Program-made: the position numbers and the translations under genes
Part shown: piece after piece, positions 10,425-20,474 of the stretch
Layout of the letters: each line of letters opens with the position of its first letter
Numbering within the stretch: the stretch's first letter is position 1
DNA from: Silicimonas sp.
Lineage (GTDB): Bacteria > Pseudomonadota > Alphaproteobacteria > Rhodobacterales > Rhodobacteraceae
Reading direction: 5' to 3'
Assembly: GCA_022824525.1 (NCBI GenBank)
Contig: JAJDZT010000052.1
Span: forward strand, 18,047 to 82,046
DNA length: 64,000 nt
Notes under the pieces: generated by a model
What the model was told of the DNA's origin: nothing
Database searches by the model: none
The model's input: only the letters and a program-made list of their open reading frames with translations

Positions 10425-11211
10425 TGCTTACCACGCCGTTGAGCAGAAGGCTCGCGGCGCTGATCATGCCGTTGTCAACCAGGGTAGCTGCATAGTCTGC
10501 ACCGCGTTCCAAGGCGCGGCGCGTTTCATCCTGACCAAGTGCTCCGACATTCGTTGTCACCAACCTGTCCCCGAGTTGTGGAATGGCCTCCACATCGCGC
10601 GCGGGCCGCCGTTCGATGGCGGGGTGGTCGGGCAAGTCCAGCGCGTTGGCGATCAGCGTTGCGGCGGCATCGGCGCGAGCAGCCGTTGCACCGAGTGCGG
10701 TGACTGCATCGGCAATTCCCAACGATTGAGAACGCCCGCGCCAACCTGACGTGGCCATGCCGCGGACCGGCTGCGTTTCTTCGACCTCGATCAGGCCAGT
10801 TGGGGATGCGGCTCGAAAAACCTCACCTTGGGTAAGTGAAAAAGCTATATCTCCGCCGTTGTTGACTGAGGCCTTGGCGAGGTCAGTCGTCGGCATGACG
10901 GACAGAACTTCATCGGCCACCGCACCGGCAACAGCCGCCATGGGGGTGATGAACATATCCTCGGCAAGCGGCGCGATGGCCGCATGCATGCGGCGGGCGA
11001 CGGGGCCATCGAACGGCCTGTTGTCATAGGGGGCTGAGAGCCGATCGTATTCGTCCATCAGTTCGGTCAAGATCGTCTCGAAACGGCGTTGGGCAGCCTC
11101 AAAGGCATGCGTTTGGGCCGCACCCTCCGCCGTAATGATCAGGTCGATGGGGCCGTGATTCAGATGCAATCGCCCGTCTGGCAGGATCGCACCCTGAGGC
11201 CCATCCCTCAT
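10375..11211 (-). CDS. UPF0280 / ApbE-superfamily-like protein
   Basis: 278 aa with N-terminal LHLNHGPIDLIITAEG. Resembles the UPF0280 family as I remember it, so the family call is from memory only. 4-nt start/stop overlap with the upstream gene. Confidence 0.7.
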   Translation of the reverse strand: MRDGPQGAILPDGRLHLNHGPIDLIITAEGAAQTHAFEAAQRRFETILTELMDEYDRLSAPYDNRPFDGPVARRMHAAIAPLAEDMFITPMAAVAGAVADEVLSVMPTTDLAKASVNNGGDIAFSLTQGEVFRAASPTGLIEVEETQPVRGMATSGWRGRSQSLGIADAVTALGATAARADAAATLIANALDLPDHPAIERRPARDVEAIPQLGDRLVTTNVGALGQDETRRALERGADYAATLVDNGMISAASLLLNGVVSTIGSEESVTRLAVHPS

Positions 11212-12641
11212 GATCCCGTACCAATGACCCGCGAGGCACTGCCGTATTCTCCACCGGATGCGAGGATGTCCGACAGATCGCGTATCGCGCTCTCATGTCC
11301 TCCGAGTGCCACGTACTCCGCTCGGGGCAGCGTGAATTCCAGGGGGGCGACCAAGGCGGGCGTGGGAACATAGCCAAACGCATTGTCGGGCAGTTCCGCG
11401 ACATCGACCATCACGGTGATTCCGCCACCGGGCCAGACGTAGGCCGGTACGCCGCCAAGTGTGACCCGCGTCGCTTCCGCCTGGACCGACCTTGTCAGGC
11501 GGACCGGGTTTTTCGTGACGCCTGAGCGAAGTGAGCCACCGGCGCCCCCCATGAACAACACGGTCGCGCGTGCGGGCTCGCAATTCTCCGCGATCAGCTG
11601 GACGGAAGCCTTGAGCGGTTCCGGCATGGGCGCCGGTTGCGGTGTCAGGGTTTCATCCAGAACATAGTAACCGCTGTGTTCACCGGTGGTGGAGACCATC
11701 AGCAGCGTCAGACCGGGGCGCGCGCCTTTCGCTTCGCGCCATTCACCCAGAATGGAGAGTGGGTCGTCGATATCCGTCCCGCCCCAACCAAGCCCGGGTT
11801 CGGCCACCTTGAAATAGCGACCGGGCGTTGAACGTCGCCCCTTGATCCGAATGCCGGTGTCGGGCCAGTCGATCACTTTCCCGGCCTGATGCTCAGAAAC
11901 GACACCGGTGATGTGGTCGTCCACGACCACAACCTCATCCACATGCCCCTTCCATTGCGAGGCAAACATGCCAATGGTGGCCGACCCGCAACCGACACGC
12001 ATGCGCGTCTCGGTTTCGCCGTCCACGATGGGCGACTGACCGGCGGCGACAACCACGGTCGAGCCACCATCGATGGTCAGTTCCACCGCCTCCTTGTTGC
12101 AAAGTCTAAGAAGAGCGTCACAGGTCGCGCGCCCTTCCGCCTTGGAACCGCCCGTGAGATGCGCGACACCGCCGAGCGAGAGCATCTGGCTGCCATACTC
12201 GGCCGTCATGACATGGCCGACGACTTCACCGCCTGCACGCACCGCAGCGGTCTCGGAGCCGAGATGCCGATCGGTGTCGATCTTCACCTTGACCCCGCAG
12301 TAGGAAAAGATCGCTTCCGTCACCACTGTGACGCTGTCCACCCCTTCGATCTGGCGAGACACGATGAAGGGCGCGGGCTTGTAGTCCGGATAGGTGGTGC
12401 CTGCGCCGATGGCCGACACCGCAACATCGTCTCCGGTCGCGCTTGTGCCGTCCCAATCAGCCGCGAGGAAAGGTTTGACCGCATCACCCTTGGCGATGCG
12501 CCGGTCGAGAATGGTCAGTGGATCGACCCGGATGATCTGTCCGTCTTCATTGGCATAGCGGTCACAAGCCCCGGCACGGCCCGGTGCGATGTAACACATG
12601 ACCGGACAGGCGTCGCAACGTATTTTCTCCTGACTTGTCAT
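11208..12641 (-). CDS. Cys-rich reductase-like protein (family often labelled 6-hydroxynicotinate reductase in databases)
   Basis: 477 aa. N-terminal cluster CDACPVMCYIAPGRAGAC suggests an Fe-S site. Product name recalled from database usage, not verified. Overlap-coupled to both neighbours. Confidence 0.7.
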   Translation of the reverse strand: MTSQEKIRCDACPVMCYIAPGRAGACDRYANEDGQIIRVDPLTILDRRIAKGDAVKPFLAADWDGTSATGDDVAVSAIGAGTTYPDYKPAPFIVSRQIEGVDSVTVVTEAIFSYCGVKVKIDTDRHLGSETAAVRAGGEVVGHVMTAEYGSQMLSLGGVAHLTGGSKAEGRATCDALLRLCNKEAVELTIDGGSTVVVAAGQSPIVDGETETRMRVGCGSATIGMFASQWKGHVDEVVVVDDHITGVVSEHQAGKVIDWPDTGIRIKGRRSTPGRYFKVAEPGLGWGGTDIDDPLSILGEWREAKGARPGLTLLMVSTTGEHSGYYVLDETLTPQPAPMPEPLKASVQLIAENCEPARATVLFMGGAGGSLRSGVTKNPVRLTRSVQAEATRVTLGGVPAYVWPGGGITVMVDVAELPDNAFGYVPTPALVAPLEFTLPRAEYVALGGHESAIRDLSDILASGGEYGSASRVIGTGS

Positions 12642-13420
12642 GGGCTTGCCTCGCTCAGGGCGGCTTCAATGAAGCCTGCGGTATCGGTCACGAACTCGCG
12701 GTAAAGCTTGAAGTGGGCCGTGTCTTGGAAGTCCGTTGGTTGTGGGCCCAGCCGCGTCATTTCAAGCACTGTCGCGCCAGGTACAGCCATGAGAATCGGG
12801 GAATGCGTGGCCATGATCACCTGCGCCGTCGCGGTGTCCTGAATGTTGGCCAGCACGCGCAGAAGTTCGCGCTGACGGTTGGGCGAAAGCGCACTTTCCG
12901 GTTCGTCCATCATGTAAAGACCCTGGCGTGACATCCGCTCCTCGAAGAAGCGAACGAACCCCTCGCCGTGAGAATGAGAGAGAAAGTCCGGAGGTGGCGG
13001 TTTGAAGGGATCAAGCTGCGCGGCTTCGTCCAGATAACGCGCGACCGAAAAGAAACTTTCCGCCTTGAAGAACCATCCGTCGGTGATCTTGGGCAGCCAG
13101 CTTGCGCGCATCGCTGATCCCAGTTCCGCACCGCTCACATCCAGCGCCATGCTGTGATCGACCGGTTTGTATCCTTTGCCGCCACCTGCTTCGTCATAGC
13201 CCGCCAATGCGGCGATGGCCTCAATCAGCGTGGATTTTCCGGAGCCGTTCTCCCCGACAATGATCGTCACCGGCGTGTCGAATGTGATTTCGAACCGATC
13301 CGGGTCGAGCCATGGAAGGTTCATCGGATAGGCCGTGCGATCTTCCATGCGATCCGCGATCAGCGTGAGCCGTTTCAAAAAAGGCGAAGGTAGGTGCGTG
13401 TCGCGACGCTTACGGGCCAT
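12638..13420 (-). CDS. ABC/SMC-like AAA ATPase (stand-alone nucleotide-binding protein)
   Basis: Walker A GENGSGKST, Walker B/D-loop LYMMDEPESALSP, H-loop IMATHSP. Start placed at ATG 13420 (MARKRRD...). No transmembrane partner. Confidence 0.8.
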   Translation of the reverse strand: MARKRRDTHLPSPFLKRLTLIADRMEDRTAYPMNLPWLDPDRFEITFDTPVTIIVGENGSGKSTLIEAIAALAGYDEAGGGKGYKPVDHSMALDVSGAELGSAMRASWLPKITDGWFFKAESFFSVARYLDEAAQLDPFKPPPPDFLSHSHGEGFVRFFEERMSRQGLYMMDEPESALSPNRQRELLRVLANIQDTATAQVIMATHSPILMAVPGATVLEMTRLGPQPTDFQDTAHFKLYREFVTDTAGFIEAALSEASP

Positions 13421-16160
13421 CGACACCCCCGGCGTCCGAGGTGAGGTGCGCGTCGGAATATGTGGTGGGCTTTTCCTCAAGCGCGGCTTCTTCGATCGCG
13501 GCCAACACCCGGTGCGGCAGGGCGGGGGCCTTGGTCAAGCGCGCGCCCGTCGCGTGCCGGATGGCGTTCAGGATCGACGGAGCGGTTGGGATAAGCACGT
13601 GCTCGCCAAGGCCTTTCGCGCCCATCGGGCCCTCGGGGTCGGGTTTTTCGATCAGGATCGACGTGATCTCCGGCATGTCGCCAACGGTCGGGATCAGGTA
13701 ATCGTGCAGGTTTTCCGTCCGTCCCGGCAGGAACTCCTCCATCAGGGCAAGGCCGAGACCCTGCGCGATGCCACCTTCGATCTGGCCTTCCGCCAAGAGC
13801 GGGTTGATGGCACGTCCCACGTCGTGTGCAGCGGTCATCTTGAGAACGCGCGTCGTGCCGAGGGCCATGTCCACCTCAACCTCCGCAATCTGTGCGCCAA
13901 AGCCATAGAGCGCGTAAGGTGTGCCCTGACCGTCCGCATCAAGCTCGGTCGTGGGCGGGTCGTAGGTCTCTTCCGCCATCAGCGCGTAGCCATGAGCGTT
14001 CAGTGCACCGAGGTCTATCGTTTGAGTTTTCCCGTTTTCGCGCGCGGTCAACGTACCCGCGTCGAAAGACAACTGTGCCTCGTCCGAGAAATTCGTGTGC
14101 CGGAGTATCTCCGCGCGCAGGGCCTTGCCCGCCGCCTCTGCCGCGCGCCCGGTGATGTAGGTCTGACGGGAAGCGGAGGTCTTGCCGCAATCCGGCGTGA
14201 TGCCCGTGTCGGGGCCGATCAATTCGAAGATGTCGACGGGCACGCCAAGGGCATCCGCCGCGATCTGCGCAATCACCGTGTTGGAGCCCTGACCGATGTC
14301 TGTTGCGCCTTGATGAAGGCGCAAGCGACCGTCCGGCGTGATGCCAAGCCGGATGGTGGAAGGATTGGGCAAAGCCGTGTTGCCGCAACCGTACCAGCAG
14401 GACGCGATGCCAACGCCGCGCCGCGTGGGCCCATCGGGATGGCGGGCGGCATCGTCCAGAGCGCGTTCCCAATACGGCTTCAGCGCGTCGAGGCACTCCA
14501 GCATGCCAACGGACGCAAGTGTCTGACCGGATGGTGTTTTGTCGCCGTCCTGAAAAGCGTTCAGGCGCCGAAACGCGAGCCGGTCCAGCCCACTTTTCTG
14601 GGCAAGATCATCGTACAACAGTTCCTGCATGATCGCCGCCTGCGGGACACCAAACCCGCGAAACGCCCCCGCGACAGGACCGTGTGTGTGGATGGCGCGC
14701 GCCTCCGCCCGGTAGTTCGGCGTGCGATAAGGCCCGGAGGCGTGGACGGGCACGCGTGTCGCCACGGTCGGTCCCCAACTGGCATAGGCACCGGTGTTGA
14801 AATCGCCGTCAAAGACCATGCCTGTCACGCGGCCTTGCGCATCTGCCCCGATCTTTGCGTGCATGGTGCCGGGGTGCCGCTTGGTGGAGGCACGCATCGA
14901 CTCGTTCCGTGTGTAGACCATCCGGCAGGGCTTGCCGGTAACCATCGTTGCGAGGCCTACAAGCGGCTGCACTGACAAATCGAGTTTTGCGCCGAACCCT
15001 CCGCCCGCGGCGGTCGGCACGATGCGAACCTTTTCCGGCGGCAGGCCAAGGATCGTGGCGGTGTCATCCCGGTCCATGATGGGCGCCTGCGTGCAGGCAT
15101 GGATCACCAGCGTGTCGCCCTCCATCCAAGCGACGCCCGCTTCCGGCTCGATATAGGCGTGTTCGACGTAAGAGGTCTGGAAGCTGGCTTCGGCCACATG
15201 CGCGGCCTCGCCAAGTGCCGCATCCGGGTCTCCTGTCGCCACGCGCCCCTTGATCAGCACGTTCCCCGGCCGCGAGTTGTGCAGGAGCGGAGCAATCGGT
15301 CCTTCCGCTTCCGTCACCGCGTGTTCGCAGGGCTCCCATGTTATGGGGAACGTCGCAAGGTCCAGCGGCTCTACAGTCTCGGCCGGGCCCACAACCAGAG
15401 CGACCGCCTCTCCGAGGTAGCGCGCGGTGCGCTCGGCAAGGGCAGGTTGATCGGCCAGAGGCGGGATGACACCGAAGCGGTTCACACCCGGAATATCGTT
15501 TGCGGTCAGAACGGTAACCTGCGCAGTTGAAGTCCATGCTTCAAGATCGCCAAATTCGAAGACCGCGTGAAAATGCGGGCTCCGGATTGCGCGCACCAAA
15601 AGCGCGTCAGCTGGGCCGACATCCGCGCCAAACTGTTCCGAGCCGTCGACCTTCGGTTGACCGTCGAGCCGCCGTATCGGCATGCCGACCGCATGACCGT
15701 TGGCCCGGGCCGCACGCGGAGCGAGGCCGGCCACAGCATCAACGATCTTGGCATATCCCGTGCAACGGCAAAGAACGCCGCCTAGAGCCACTTCAACTTC
15801 CTGTCGCGAAGGTTCTGGATTCGAACGTAAAAGCTCCAAAGCGGCCATCATCATGCCGGGTGTGCAAATCCCGCACTGCGCCGCCCCGTGATCCAAGAAC
15901 GCAGCCTGCAGTTTTGCCGCCAAATCCGGCTCGGCGGTCTCCACCGTTTCGATCGTTCGTCCGTCCACCTGCGCGACCGGGGTGAGGCAGGCACAGACCT
16001 GCGCGCCGTCGACGAGAACCGTGCAGGCGCCACAGTCGCCCGCATCGCAGCCGACCTTCACGCTTTTCAGGTTCAGTTCGTCGCGCAGAACCTCGGACAG
16101 TCGTTTCCCCGGCGGGCTTGCAATCTCATGGCAAGTTTCGCCGACAATGAGACGGGTCAT
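13410..16160 (-). CDS. xanthine dehydrogenase/aldehyde oxidase family hydroxylase, fused [2Fe-2S] + molybdopterin subunit
   Basis: 916 aa. N-terminal 2Fe-2S motifs GCDAGDCGACTVLV, AAQCGICTPGMMM and LCRCTGY, followed by a Moco-binding body of about 750 aa typical of the family. Confidence 0.9.
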   Translation of the reverse strand: MTRLIVGETCHEIASPPGKRLSEVLRDELNLKSVKVGCDAGDCGACTVLVDGAQVCACLTPVAQVDGRTIETVETAEPDLAAKLQAAFLDHGAAQCGICTPGMMMAALELLRSNPEPSRQEVEVALGGVLCRCTGYAKIVDAVAGLAPRAARANGHAVGMPIRRLDGQPKVDGSEQFGADVGPADALLVRAIRSPHFHAVFEFGDLEAWTSTAQVTVLTANDIPGVNRFGVIPPLADQPALAERTARYLGEAVALVVGPAETVEPLDLATFPITWEPCEHAVTEAEGPIAPLLHNSRPGNVLIKGRVATGDPDAALGEAAHVAEASFQTSYVEHAYIEPEAGVAWMEGDTLVIHACTQAPIMDRDDTATILGLPPEKVRIVPTAAGGGFGAKLDLSVQPLVGLATMVTGKPCRMVYTRNESMRASTKRHPGTMHAKIGADAQGRVTGMVFDGDFNTGAYASWGPTVATRVPVHASGPYRTPNYRAEARAIHTHGPVAGAFRGFGVPQAAIMQELLYDDLAQKSGLDRLAFRRLNAFQDGDKTPSGQTLASVGMLECLDALKPYWERALDDAARHPDGPTRRGVGIASCWYGCGNTALPNPSTIRLGITPDGRLRLHQGATDIGQGSNTVIAQIAADALGVPVDIFELIGPDTGITPDCGKTSASRQTYITGRAAEAAGKALRAEILRHTNFSDEAQLSFDAGTLTARENGKTQTIDLGALNAHGYALMAEETYDPPTTELDADGQGTPYALYGFGAQIAEVEVDMALGTTRVLKMTAAHDVGRAINPLLAEGQIEGGIAQGLGLALMEEFLPGRTENLHDYLIPTVGDMPEITSILIEKPDPEGPMGAKGLGEHVLIPTAPSILNAIRHATGARLTKAPALPHRVLAAIEEAALEEKPTTYSDAHLTSDAGGVDGP

Positions 16161-17014
16161 GCGGCGCGTCCTTGTGCCAAGGGGGAGAGAGTTCGGCGCA
16201 AAAGTTCAAGCGCGGTCTTGTGCCGGTATCCGGCATCGGCGCGCATATCGTCGATCGGCGACAGGTGGTGCACGATCATTTCCCTCGTGATCCGCATTGG
16301 ATCGACAGGTGCGCCAACAAGCGCGGCCTCTGCTTCTGGAAGCCGCGTCGCAACAGGGGAGCAGGCCCCGATGGCAAGGGCTGCGTCTTTCACAATCCCG
16401 TCTTCCACGACAATCCGCGCGGCCGTCATCGCAATCGAGATCACAAGGTATTTGCGTGCGCCAAGTTTCAGGAAAAACCCATCTCCATCAATGGTATGTG
16501 ATGGGATATGAGTGTGCGTGACCAGCTCGTCAGAGCGCAGGTCGGTCTTTCGCGGTCCCTTGATAAAGTCCGACAACGGGACGCGGCGCATGCCCTGTGC
16601 ACTTTGCAACTCGACGGCTGCGTCCAAGGTCAGCAGTGGCGGTACGCCGTCGGCGGCGGGCGAAGCGTTACACAGGTTGCCAGCAAGCGTCCCCCGCGCT
16701 TGGATCTGGCGCGCGCCGACTTCTCGCGCTGCCAGCTTTAGCCCGTCAAAGGCTGGCGGCAGGTCTGCGTCTACGATGTCGCTCCAGGTTGTCGTTGCGC
16801 CGATGGCGTAACCGTCAGGTCCGGTCTCGATACCACGCAACTCCTCGATTGCCGTTATGTCGAGGATTGGCCCGGGAAGAACCTTGCGTTCAGTGGCTGG
16901 GAAAAGATCGGTGCATCCGGCCGCCACGCGGAGCGGGGTCTCCGACAGAACCGCCAGCGCGTCGGCAAGCGTGGTTGGTCGATGGTAAAGGTCGCGCTCG
17001 GTCATGCTGTCCAT
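16157..17014 (-). CDS. FAD-binding (CoxM/XdhB-like) subunit of molybdenum hydroxylase
   Basis: 285 aa. VAAGCTDLFP and RGTLAGNLCNASPAADG motifs of the FAD_binding_5 medium subunit. 4-nt overlap with the Moco subunit start. Confidence 0.88.
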   Translation of the reverse strand: MDSMTERDLYHRPTTLADALAVLSETPLRVAAGCTDLFPATERKVLPGPILDITAIEELRGIETGPDGYAIGATTTWSDIVDADLPPAFDGLKLAAREVGARQIQARGTLAGNLCNASPAADGVPPLLTLDAAVELQSAQGMRRVPLSDFIKGPRKTDLRSDELVTHTHIPSHTIDGDGFFLKLGARKYLVISIAMTAARIVVEDGIVKDAALAIGACSPVATRLPEAEAALVGAPVDPMRITREMIVHHLSPIDDMRADAGYRHKTALELLRRTLSPLAQGRAA

Positions 17015-17088
17015 ATCGTGAGGTCCGAGAGATGTTGCGGCAGGCTCCGGAGCCTGTCAATAAACCGTGAAACGGATGGGGAGGGTTC

Positions 17089-17428
17089 CGTGCGCATATT
17101 GATCGTGGTGATCGTTCTTGTTCTCGGCGGAGCGTGGCTCACAAAACCGGATGAAGCAGACGCAGAGGCGGTTTTGCGCGACCAGGTCATGATCGCGGTC
17201 GCGAGGCAGGACTTGGGCGAGGGGCGCAGCACGGGCGAAAACCTTGCGCTTGCCGCCTGCAAGTTGAGACCCTCCGACTGTTACGACCTGCTGCGCTCGG
17301 GTCTGGAGGTTTCTTACACGGACCGTACGCTTTTTCTTCGGGTCGATGTCGACGGCTACGATCGGCGCGCGACCTGCTTTGGCGTCTACACCCGGTTCGT
17401 CTGTCCGGGTGGCTTCAAGGAAAGATGA
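17089..17428 (+). CDS. small membrane-anchored hypothetical protein
   Basis: GTG 17089 is preceded by GGGGAGGG. N-terminal TM helix RILIVVIVLVLGGAWL. The upstream part of the track ORF overlaps the neighbouring gene and looks non-coding. Confidence 0.5.
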
Positions 17429-17431
17429 GCC

Positions 17432-18127
17432 TCAGAAATACGCCTCCGAGCCATGCCCCCGATCCGACCACCAGAGTGCCCAGCGCGCGGCACTGTCTGC
17501 GATGTGGGCCAGTGTCGCCGGGTCGTCTTCGCTGAATTCTTCTTGGGCATGGCGACGCCCCAGAACATGGGTGACGCCTGCACCTTCCGCAAATTTGCGC
17601 GCCGCGTCGGACATGTCCCGTCCCCATCTAGCAAGGTCGTTGGCCAGCATATTGGTCCAAGCCGCGTTAACCAGTTCGTCATCGAGAAACGCTGAGCACA
17701 ACGGCAGGAATGACCCGCGAAAGCTTGTTCGATCCACGCCGTCGTACTGATAGGCGTGAGTGTAAACAGGGAAACCGTCGCATTCGGGCATGGCTTGCAA
17801 GGCGCAGTAACCCGCCATCTTTTCAAGGGCTTCCGTCTCGCTTTGCATGCTTGGTATCCTGCCATCAGCAAAGGTCGACCGCACCCAGTCATCCGCCGCA
17901 GCATCTTGTCCGACGATCGGCGCGCCTATGGACGCGAAAGGCGGCACAGAGATCTCCTGAAAGCGCGCGACCAGTTCGTCACGATTCTCGGCCTTGCCGA
18001 AAAGCCGACCAAGGAACCCTTTTTCCGACCCCTCCGGCGTCTTTCCGTCGAGCCGGCTGAGCAAATCGCGGAACTCGTCTTCGTGGCCCTCGAGCGGCTT
18101 TCCCATCGGGTTCATGTCCAGACCCAT
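17432..18127 (-). CDS. hypothetical protein (231 aa), co-transcribed with lipB
   Basis: ATG lies 3 nt after the lipB stop. Soluble, no motif recognised. Confidence 0.6.
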   Translation of the reverse strand: MGLDMNPMGKPLEGHEDEFRDLLSRLDGKTPEGSEKGFLGRLFGKAENRDELVARFQEISVPPFASIGAPIVGQDAAADDWVRSTFADGRIPSMQSETEALEKMAGYCALQAMPECDGFPVYTHAYQYDGVDRTSFRGSFLPLCSAFLDDELVNAAWTNMLANDLARWGRDMSDAARKFAEGAGVTHVLGRRHAQEEFSEDDPATLAHIADSAARWALWWSDRGHGSEAYF

Positions 18128-18130
18128 CGC

Positions 18131-18799
18131 TCAGACCTCCTCGGTTGTGGTGTCGAAGACCTGCCGGAATGTCCGTTTCAGAGCGACGTCAACATCGCCT
18201 ATCTCGACCGGCAGACCCAGATCGACGAGTGACGTGACCCCGTGATCGCTGATCCCGCAGGGCACGATGCCGTCAAAATGCGAGAGATCGGGTTCGACGT
18301 TGATCGAGATCCCATGGAAACTGACCCATTTGCGCATCTGGACACCGATGGCGGCAATCTTGTCTTCTTGGGGAGAGCCGTCGGGCAGCGGCGGTTTTTC
18401 CGGGCGGGTGACCCAGACGCCGACCCGACCCTCGCGAATTTCCCCTGTCACGTTGAACTCTGCGAGGGCCGCTATGACCCAAGTCTCCAGTTGTTCGACG
18501 AAGCGACGGACGTCACGACCGCGCGCCGCCACATCGAGCATGACATACGCCACGCGCTGACCCGGACCATGGTAAGTGAACTGACCGCCTCGTCGCGTTC
18601 TGTGCACGGGAAAGCGGTTGGGATCCTTCAAATCGGCGTCCTGAGCCGATGTTCCGGCCGTATAGAGCGCGGAATGCTCCAGCAACCAGATCGCTTCCGA
18701 CGCGGTGCCTGCCCGGATGTCCGCGACGCGTTGTTCCATGGCAGCCACGGCGGTGTCGTACGGCACAAGGGACGTGCTGGTGATCCATTCAACGGCCAT
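18131..18799 (-). CDS. lipB: lipoyl(octanoyl) transferase LipB
   Basis: Start moved to ATG 18799 (MAVEWITS...), giving about 222 aa. LipB signature [13 protein letters not shown] and ...[16 protein letters not shown]. Confidence 0.9.
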   Translation of the reverse strand: MAVEWITSTSLVPYDTAVAAMEQRVADIRAGTASEAIWLLEHSALYTAGTSAQDADLKDPNRFPVHRTRRGGQFTYHGPGQRVAYVMLDVAARGRDVRRFVEQLETWVIAALAEFNVTGEIREGRVGVWVTRPEKPPLPDGSPQEDKIAAIGVQMRKWVSFHGISINVEPDLSHFDGIVPCGISDHGVTSLVDLGLPVEIGDVDVALKRTFRQVFDTTTEEV

Positions 18800-18932
18800 G
18801 AGGCTTCCTACGTCGCCAAGACCGCCTTCGCAATCACCGTGAAAATCCCGAAAAAAGCGAGGTGCAATCTGCTTATCCCATGTTAGCCTGACTTCAGACG
18901 TTTCAATTTCAGTCCGTTTCAGGGGGTTTAAT

Positions 18933-20264
18933 ATGCATCGCAATCTTGGCCTAAGTGCTGCTCTTGCAACAATTATCGCGGTTACAGGGGTCGGAAGAGC
19001 CGACGCCGATATCGGTGAAGCCATTGTCGGCGGAATCATCGGTGGTGTGATCGTCAACGAGGCGAACAAGAACCGGCAACGCAAAACCAAAAAAGTTTAT
19101 CGCGCGCCCGTGAATACAGCCGCGCGCGCCGAGGCGCGCGAAGTTCAAACTGCCTTGAACTATTTCGGCTTCCCGGCAGGCACACCCGACGGCGTGCTTG
19201 GCCGCCGCTCGCGCGCCGCGATCTCGCAGTATCAGGCGCATCTGAGCTATCCGGTGACGGGTTACCTCAACGATTATGAAAAGAGCTTCCTGCTCGGGTC
19301 CTACCATCGCGCTTTGTCGGGTGGTCCTGTGACCCATCAGCAAATCGCCCAGAAGGGTATGGGTCCTCGCGGTCTGCTGCTGATCTACCGCGATGAAGCG
19401 GCGGGCGTCGCAACGGCGGCCGCGCCTGCACCGCAGTTCCAGCAGGCTCCGGCCACCACTGTTGTGGTTGCTCCGTCGCCTGCGCCAGTCCCGGCCGCGC
19501 CTGCACCGACAACACCGGTTGTGGCGCCTCTGCCGAATGCGGCTGAACCCAAAACCGAAACCGCGGCTTTGCCGAACTTCCTTGGTGGCGGAGATGCCGC
19601 GTCGCTCGCATCGCACTGCAACACGGTATCGCTTCTGACCAATACCAATGGTGGTTTCACGACGCTTGCCAGCATGGGCGATCCGAACCAGGTGCTGAAC
19701 GAGCAGTTCTGCCTTGCCCGCACCTATGCCATTGCAGAAGGCGAGAAACTGGCGGCCTCCATCCAAGGCGTCGGCGTGAACGAAATTGCGGCGCAATGCC
19801 AGCAGTTCGGCCCGGTCATGAAGGATCACGTGGCCGCCCTGTCGCTGAAATCGCGCGACGCGGTCCTCCAGGGAGTGTCGGGCTTTGTTCTGGGGTCGGG
19901 CATGTCTCCGCCGCAACTGGCCGCAACGTCCAAGATCTGCCTCTCCGTCGGATACCGCACGGATGACATGGACGTCGCCATCGGGTCCGGTCTGATCCTC
20001 GTCGCACTTGGCGAACAGGTGTACGCCGAGCTGATGGGCCACCATTTGAGCCAGGGCTTCGGCGCTACGTCGCGTCAGGACCTTGCCGACCAGTGGTACA
20101 CGATGGGGATCCAGGCGATTGAAGCCGGTCAGCCCGCTGTCTTTGCGCCGGGTCAGCCCGAGCGGACGGCGTTGATCAAGGCGGCTGTGATGGGTCCGGA
20201 TAACGCGATGAACGCCCCGGTCCAGCCTGCCGCGACCCTGCCGACCTTCAAGATCGGCGAGTAA
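18933..20264 (+). CDS. secreted protein with peptidoglycan-binding (PG_binding_1) domain
   Basis: Signal peptide [27 protein letters not shown]-binding repeat [33 protein letters not shown]. Pro/Ala-rich linker. Confidence 0.8.
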   Translation: MHRNLGLSAALATIIAVTGVGRADADIGEAIVGGIIGGVIVNEANKNRQRKTKKVYRAPVNTAARAEAREVQTALNYFGFPAGTPDGVLGRRSRAAISQYQAHLSYPVTGYLNDYEKSFLLGSYHRALSGGPVTHQQIAQKGMGPRGLLLIYRDEAAGVATAAAPAPQFQQAPATTVVVAPSPAPVPAAPAPTTPVVAPLPNAAEPKTETAALPNFLGGGDAASLASHCNTVSLLTNTNGGFTTLASMGDPNQVLNEQFCLARTYAIAEGEKLAASIQGVGVNEIAAQCQQFGPVMKDHVAALSLKSRDAVLQGVSGFVLGSGMSPPQLAATSKICLSVGYRTDDMDVAIGSGLILVALGEQVYAELMGHHLSQGFGATSRQDLADQWYTMGIQAIEAGQPAVFAPGQPERTALIKAAVMGPDNAMNAPVQPAATLPTFKIGE

Positions 20265-20271
20265 CGATACC

Positions 20272-20303
20272 AACCGGTCCGGGCTCCGCGCCCGGGCCGG
20301 TTT
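20272..20303 (+). terminator. GC-rich hairpin, probable terminator of the preceding gene
   Basis: 13-bp stem AACCGGTCCGGGC / GCCCGGGCCGGTT (one G-U pair), 5-nt loop, only a short TTT tail. Confidence 0.5.
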
Positions 20304-20387
20304 GCCCGCCGGTGCAGAAATCGGCATTTCCCCTCTTCACAACGCTCTTCGCAGCCGCTAAACCCCCGCCACCCGAAGCCGGGACGT

Positions 20388-20474
20388 GCGGTCGTGGCGG
20401 AATTGGTAGACGCGCAGCGTTGAGGTCGCTGTGGGGTAACTCCCGTGGAAGTTCGAGTCTTCTCGACCGCACCA
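20388..20474 (+). tRNA. tRNA-Leu (anticodon GAG)
   Basis: Acceptor stem GCGGTCG/CGACCGC, discriminator A plus encoded CCA. Anticodon stem CAGCG/CGCTG with loop TTGAGGT. Long variable arm. T-loop GTTCGAGTC. Confidence 0.95.

Noticed and set aside
12638-13420. Stand-alone ABC/SMC-like ATPase as a defence-system component (OLD/Gabija/Septu-type ATPases share this fold).
   Set aside because: There is no nuclease or other effector partner. The gene is overlap-coupled on both sides to metabolic redox genes, and no mobile or defence-island context exists. A maturation or accessory role in the hydroxylase operon is more parsimonious.
18800-19090. N-terminal extensions in the ORF track: lipB to 19090, NlpD-like to 6974, response regulator to 31421, PepSY to 31861, NDUFA12-like from 48763, preT from 52795, hydA from 61204, VPLPA protein to 57176.
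   Set aside because: The extensions lack family homology and often run into neighbouring genes or intergenic repeats. Internal ATGs give canonical N-termini (signal peptides, MRIMLLEDD, MSTVIKNG etc.), frequently with a Shine-Dalgarno sequence.
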